From: an uncultured Gammaproteobacteria bacterium
GTDB lineage: Bacteria; Pseudomonadota; Gammaproteobacteria; Chromatiales; Chromatiaceae
Reading direction: 5' to 3'
Length of the DNA: 64,000 nucleotides
NCBI GenBank assembly: GCA_942491465.1
Contig: CALOBA010000038.1
Span: forward strand, 66,920 to 130,919
In this document: piece after piece, positions 60,219 through 64,000 of the stretch
Layout of the letters: each line of letters starts with the position of its first letter
How positions within the stretch are numbered: position 1 is the stretch's first letter
Translations under genes and position numbers: made by a program
Notes under the pieces: model-generated
What the model saw: the letters and a program-made list of their open reading frames with translations, nothing else
Databases searched by the model: none
What the model was told of the DNA's origin: nothing

Positions 60219-61103
60219 ATGCACCCGTTCCACACCATCGGCATCGTCGCCAAGCGCGACGACGAGCCCCGGCTGCGCTCCACCGTGGAGCGTCTGCGCG
60301 CGCACCTCGGCCACCGCGGGCTGGCAATGCTGCTGGACCCGGACACGGCCGAGCTTGTGCAGCCCGGCCATTCCGGCTATGACTGCGCCGACTTGGGCAG
60401 CCGCTGCGACCTGATCATCGTCGTCGGCGGCGACGGCACCTTCCTCAGCGCGGCGCGCACCATGGCCCCCCACGGCGTCCCGCTGGTGGGCATCAACCTG
60501 GGCCGCCTCGGCTTCCTGGTGGACGTCTCCCCCGATCACCTGGAGGCGAATCTGGATCGCATCTTAGACGGCGACTATGCCGTCGACGACCGCGCCGTGC
60601 TCGAGGCCACGGTGGACGGCTCCGACCACATCGAATGGGCCCTGAACGACATCGTCATCCACAAGTGGAACACGGTGCGCATGGTGGAACTCGGCACCTT
60701 CGTCGACGGCCACTTCGTCAACGCCCAGCGCTCCGACGGGCTGATCGTCTCCACCCCCACGGGCTCCACCGCCTACGCCCTGTCCGGGGGCGGGCCGCTG
60801 GTGCATCCGGCGCTGGATGCGCTGTTGCTGGTGCCGATCTGCCCCCACACCCTGTCCAACCGACCGCTGGTGATCGGCGGCGAGAGCCTGATCGAGCTGC
60901 GCCTGTGCCACCAGCAGTCCGGCCAGGTGCGTCTGACCTGCGACGGCCAGAGTCACCTGCCCCTCGACGCCGGCGCCCGGGTGCGCATCCGCCGCAGCCC
61001 GCACCGGGCCAGGCTGCTGCATCCGCCGGGACACGACCACTACGGCATCCTGCGCGCCAAACTTGGCTGGGGCGGCCACCCCCAGCACGCATCCCCCTGC
61101 TAA
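60219..61103 (+). CDS. nadK: NAD kinase
   Basis: 294 aa. VVGGDGTFL, NLGRLGFL, NDIVIHK and STPTGSTAYALSGGGP motifs. Confidence 0.95.
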   Translation: MHPFHTIGIVAKRDDEPRLRSTVERLRAHLGHRGLAMLLDPDTAELVQPGHSGYDCADLGSRCDLIIVVGGDGTFLSAARTMAPHGVPLVGINLGRLGFLVDVSPDHLEANLDRILDGDYAVDDRAVLEATVDGSDHIEWALNDIVIHKWNTVRMVELGTFVDGHFVNAQRSDGLIVSTPTGSTAYALSGGGPLVHPALDALLLVPICPHTLSNRPLVIGGESLIELRLCHQQSGQVRLTCDGQSHLPLDAGARVRIRRSPHRARLLHPPGHDHYGILRAKLGWGGHPQHASPC

Positions 61104-61206
61104 GTCAAGGTTCAAAAACAAGTGGTGCAGACGCAACCAAAAAACGGCCAATCAAAAGGTTCAGCGAGCGGGCGTCTGCGCCACTTGTTTCTGAACCGAT
61201 CCTAAG
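61100..61206 (+). mobile_element. MITE, family B
   Basis: CTAAG direct repeats at 61100-61104 and 61202-61206. The nadK TAA stop (61101-61103) lies inside the left repeat. Confidence 0.85.
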
Positions 61207-61221
61207 CCGGGCCTTAACGCC

Positions 61222-62901
61222 ATGCTAAGCCACATCTTCATCAAGGATATGGTGATCGTCAGCCGGCTGGAGCTCGACCTCGGGCCCGGTATGACGGCCC
61301 TGACCGGCGAGACCGGCGCCGGCAAATCCATCCTCATCGACGCCCTCGGCCTGGCCCTCGGCGACAAGGCCGATGCGAGCATGATCCGCACCGGCTGCGA
61401 CCGCGCCGAGGTCTCCGCCAGCTTCGACCTGGCCCGCTGCCCGGCGGCGCTGGAGTGGCTGCGCGAGCAGGCCCTCGACGACGGCGACGACTGTCTGCTG
61501 CGCCGGGTGCTGGTGCGCGGCGGGCGCGCCCGCGCCTTCATCAACGGCCAGGCCGCCAGCAACGCCCAGCTCCAGGCCCTCGGCGACCTGCTGGTGGACA
61601 TCCACGGCCAGCACGCGCACCAGTCGCTGCTGCGCCCGGCGGCGCAGATCGGCCTGCTCGACGGCTACGGCGGGCTGGCCGAGCAGGCGGCGGCCGTTGC
61701 CCGCGCCTTTCAGCAATTCCGCTCCCTAGATCGGCGCTGGCAGGCGTTGACCTCGGCCCGTGACGAGCGCGCCGCGCGCATGGACCTGCTGGCGTTCCAG
61801 GTCGGCGAGCTGGATGAGCTGGCCCTGGCCGACGGCGAGCTCGACGCCCTGGACGCCGAGCAGCGCCGGCTCGCCAACCTCGACGGCCTGCAGGGCACCA
61901 CGGCAAGCCTGGTGGATCTGCTCTACGACGGCGAGCCGGCCCTGCGCGACCAGCTCGGCCACGCCGCCGCCGAACTCAGCGGACTGACCCGGCTCGACCC
62001 CAAACTCACCGAGACCGCAGAACTGCTGGAAGCGGCCACCGTTCAGGTGGCAGAGGCGGCCGGCAACCTGCGCCAATACCTCGATGTCCTGGAACTGGAC
62101 CCGGCGCGGCTGGCGGAGGTCGAGGCCCGTCTCGGGCGCATCCACGAGCTGGGGCGCAAGTACCGCATCCTGCCCGAGCAGATCCCGGACAGCCTGGAGC
62201 AGCTGCGCGCCGAGCTGGCCGAGCTGGAACGCGCCGACGCCGACCTGGGCAGCCTGGAGCGCGACCGCGAGGCGGCCCGCGCCAGCTTTATGGAACAGGC
62301 CACAAAGCTCAGCAGCGCCCGCCGCGACGCCGCCGCCCGGCTCGCGGACACGGTCACCGAGGCCATGCAGAGCCTCGGCATGGCCGGCGGTCGTCTCGAT
62401 GTTGCCGTGGAGACCGGCGATGAGGCATCCGCCGGCAGTCAGGGGCTGGACCGCATCGGCCTTCAAGTCAGCGCCAACCCCGGCCAGCCGCTGCAGCCCC
62501 TGGCCAAGGTCGCCTCCGGCGGTGAGCTCTCGCGCATCAGCCTCGCCATCCAGGTCGCCACCGCCGAATGCGGCAGCGTGCCGACGCTGGTCTTCGACGA
62601 GGTGGACGTGGGCATCGGCGGGCGGGTCGCCGAGATCGTCGGCCGCCTGCTGCGCCGCCTGGGCGATGCCCGTCAGGTGCTGTGCGTCACCCACCTGCCC
62701 CAGGTCGCCGCCCAGGGCTACGCCCAGCTACGCGTGGCCAAGCAGGCGGTGGACGGGCAGACCTTTACCGACATCACCGCCCTGTCCGCCGCCGAGCGCA
62801 TTGACGAGATCGCCCGCATGCTCGGCGGCACCGAGATCACGGCCACCACCCGCGCCCATGCCGAGGAGATGCTCGGCGGCAACGGCCAAGCGTCCGCTTA
62901 G
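61222..62901 (+). CDS. recN: DNA repair protein RecN
   Basis: 559 aa. Walker A LTGETGAGKSIL, long coiled-coil, ASGGELSRISLAIQ signature and Walker B LVFDEVDVGIGG. Confidence 0.95.
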   Translation: MLSHIFIKDMVIVSRLELDLGPGMTALTGETGAGKSILIDALGLALGDKADASMIRTGCDRAEVSASFDLARCPAALEWLREQALDDGDDCLLRRVLVRGGRARAFINGQAASNAQLQALGDLLVDIHGQHAHQSLLRPAAQIGLLDGYGGLAEQAAAVARAFQQFRSLDRRWQALTSARDERAARMDLLAFQVGELDELALADGELDALDAEQRRLANLDGLQGTTASLVDLLYDGEPALRDQLGHAAAELSGLTRLDPKLTETAELLEAATVQVAEAAGNLRQYLDVLELDPARLAEVEARLGRIHELGRKYRILPEQIPDSLEQLRAELAELERADADLGSLERDREAARASFMEQATKLSSARRDAAARLADTVTEAMQSLGMAGGRLDVAVETGDEASAGSQGLDRIGLQVSANPGQPLQPLAKVASGGELSRISLAIQVATAECGSVPTLVFDEVDVGIGGRVAEIVGRLLRRLGDARQVLCVTHLPQVAAQGYAQLRVAKQAVDGQTFTDITALSAAERIDEIARMLGGTEITATTRAHAEEMLGGNGQASA

Positions 62902-63003
62902 GATCGGTTCAGAAACAAGTGGTGCAGACGCCCGCTCGCTAAACCTTTTGACTGGCCGTTTCGTGGTTGCGCCTGCACCACTTGTTTCTGAATCTTGACT
63001 TAG
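62897..63003 (-). mobile_element. MITE, family B
   Basis: CTTAG direct repeats at 62897-62901 and 62999-63003. Contains the recN TAG stop and the TAA stop of the convergent gene. Confidence 0.85.
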
Positions 63004-63458
63004 CCGATGAAATACCAGCGAATCCCGCGCACGATGAACAGCACCGCGACGAACACCACCATGATCTTCATGGAGAAGAACAGGAAGCTGCCGAACGGGC
63101 GCAGGTCGGCCATCTCCACCGGACGTTCGTCCCTCTCCCCCGGCGGTCCCTCCAGCCCGACGCCGGACTCGGCGCCATCGGCCGCGGCGGCCTTCTGCGC
63201 AGGCGCGGTACCCCCGGCGGTGATCGGCCGCGGGTCGGCGGGCTTTACGCTGTAGGGATTGGTGCCGACGACGCGATAAAACCGCGTGGCGCGATCATCC
63301 TCATCGCCCTCATCCTCGATCACCACCAGTTCCACCGCCTCGGCGAGGGTGCGCGACTCGGCAAAGCCCAGCGCAAACGCCTTCGCGCTATCGGCCTCAC
63401 CACGATCCTCCCACTGCGCCGGCATCTTCGGCCAGATTCTCTTGACTGCAAACTTCAA
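63000..63458 (-). CDS. hypothetical tail-anchored membrane protein
   Basis: 152 aa. Acidic soluble N-terminal part and a single C-terminal TM (FLFFSMKIMVVFVAVLFIV). Confidence 0.45.
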   Translation of the reverse strand: MKFAVKRIWPKMPAQWEDRGEADSAKAFALGFAESRTLAEAVELVVIEDEGDEDDRATRFYRVVGTNPYSVKPADPRPITAGGTAPAQKAAAADGAESGVGLEGPPGERDERPVEMADLRPFGSFLFFSMKIMVVFVAVLFIVRGIRWYFIG

Positions 63459-63857
63459 CGATCGATCTCCATCAGGGGTTGGGTTGTTGGATCGGCGATC
63501 TGGCGACCACCGCGGCTAATCATTCCGAGAGTGCTGATTGTAGACCTTCCCGCCGCGCACGGTCGCCCCCTGAACGGCAACTGGGCGCGGCTAATCGGGA
63601 ATCCGCTCCCCTTGCTTCTTGTCGCTGCGCCAATGCTCGAATCCGATCCGAGATTGGCGGCGAGCGGGGTCGCCGTCGACTTGCGGCGGCGCGCGGTCGC
63701 GGGTCACCAAACCGCAACCACACGGCAACGGCGGGGCAACAGTCGGCGGGTACTCTAGCCCCCGCTCAACCACCCCGACACCCGCAAGCCCGCGCGCTCC
63801 GGCGCGTTGGGCTCGCGTGCGCTTGTCCGTCCCTGCAAAATCTCCACGGAGCCGTCC

Positions 63858-64000
63858 ATGTTCATCAAGACCCGTCTTCATGTCGCCATCGCCGGCGCCC
63901 TCGCGCTGGCCGGCGGTAGCCTGCACGCCGGCAGCCTCCTGCCCGAAGGTATCGACGCGCCCCAGCCGCCGGCGTCGGTGCCGGACCCGGCCGTCGAAAA
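63858..64000 (+). CDS. partial ORF for a secreted protein (runs off the window)
   Basis: ATG 63858. MFIKTRLHVAIAGALALAGGSLHAG looks like a signal peptide. Open to the window end. Confidence 0.35.
   Translation, partial: MFIKTRLHVAIAGALALAGGSLHAGSLLPEGIDAPQPPASVPDPAVE

Overview
High-GC proteobacterial chromosomal segment. The local gene order looks gammaproteobacterial: trpS-M50 protease-yciO-trpH, yciB-yciI, nadK-recN and rimK-rlmD-cysM. I support about 55 protein-coding genes. They include two HupE/UreJ paralogs with a PepSY/OmpR-type two-component module, several sensor kinases, and a VapBC-like PIN toxin-antitoxin pair. An AcrB-type RND pump is separated from its adaptor by an Mrr nuclease and a PD-(D/E)XK-like gene. 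A surface-glycan cluster carries three GT4 genes, a sulfotransferase, a PAP2 phosphatase and an ArnT-like GT39. There are also two PEP-CTERM proteins, a czcCBA-DUF3240 metal efflux operon, and housekeeping genes (dcd, rimK, rlmD, cysM, arfB, scpA, trpS, nadK, recN). I recognised no rRNA, tRNA, CRISPR array or transposase gene.

The most unusual content is non-coding.
(1) A family of hairpin elements has arms made of an expandable hexanucleotide microsatellite, (GTTGTC)n/(GACAAC)n. Eight substantial loci occur in 64 kb. One lies inside a histidine-kinase ATP-binding domain, next to a frameshift. A roughly 450-bp tract sits directly upstream of the glycan operon.
(2) A 13-copy tandem array with a 111-114 bp period and hairpin-rich units lies between cysM and an MBL-fold gene.
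(3) At least three further MITE-like families are all bracketed by CT(N)AG. Several sit exactly on gene stop codons, and one pair brackets recN.

The hexamer-hairpin elements share a terminal core (TTCAGAAACAAGTG, 6 nt from the CT(N)AG) with one of the ordinary MITE families. They also show an internal empty-site control, so they appear to be genuinely mobile. All coordinates and calls come from reading the sequence and the ORF track. No database search was run.
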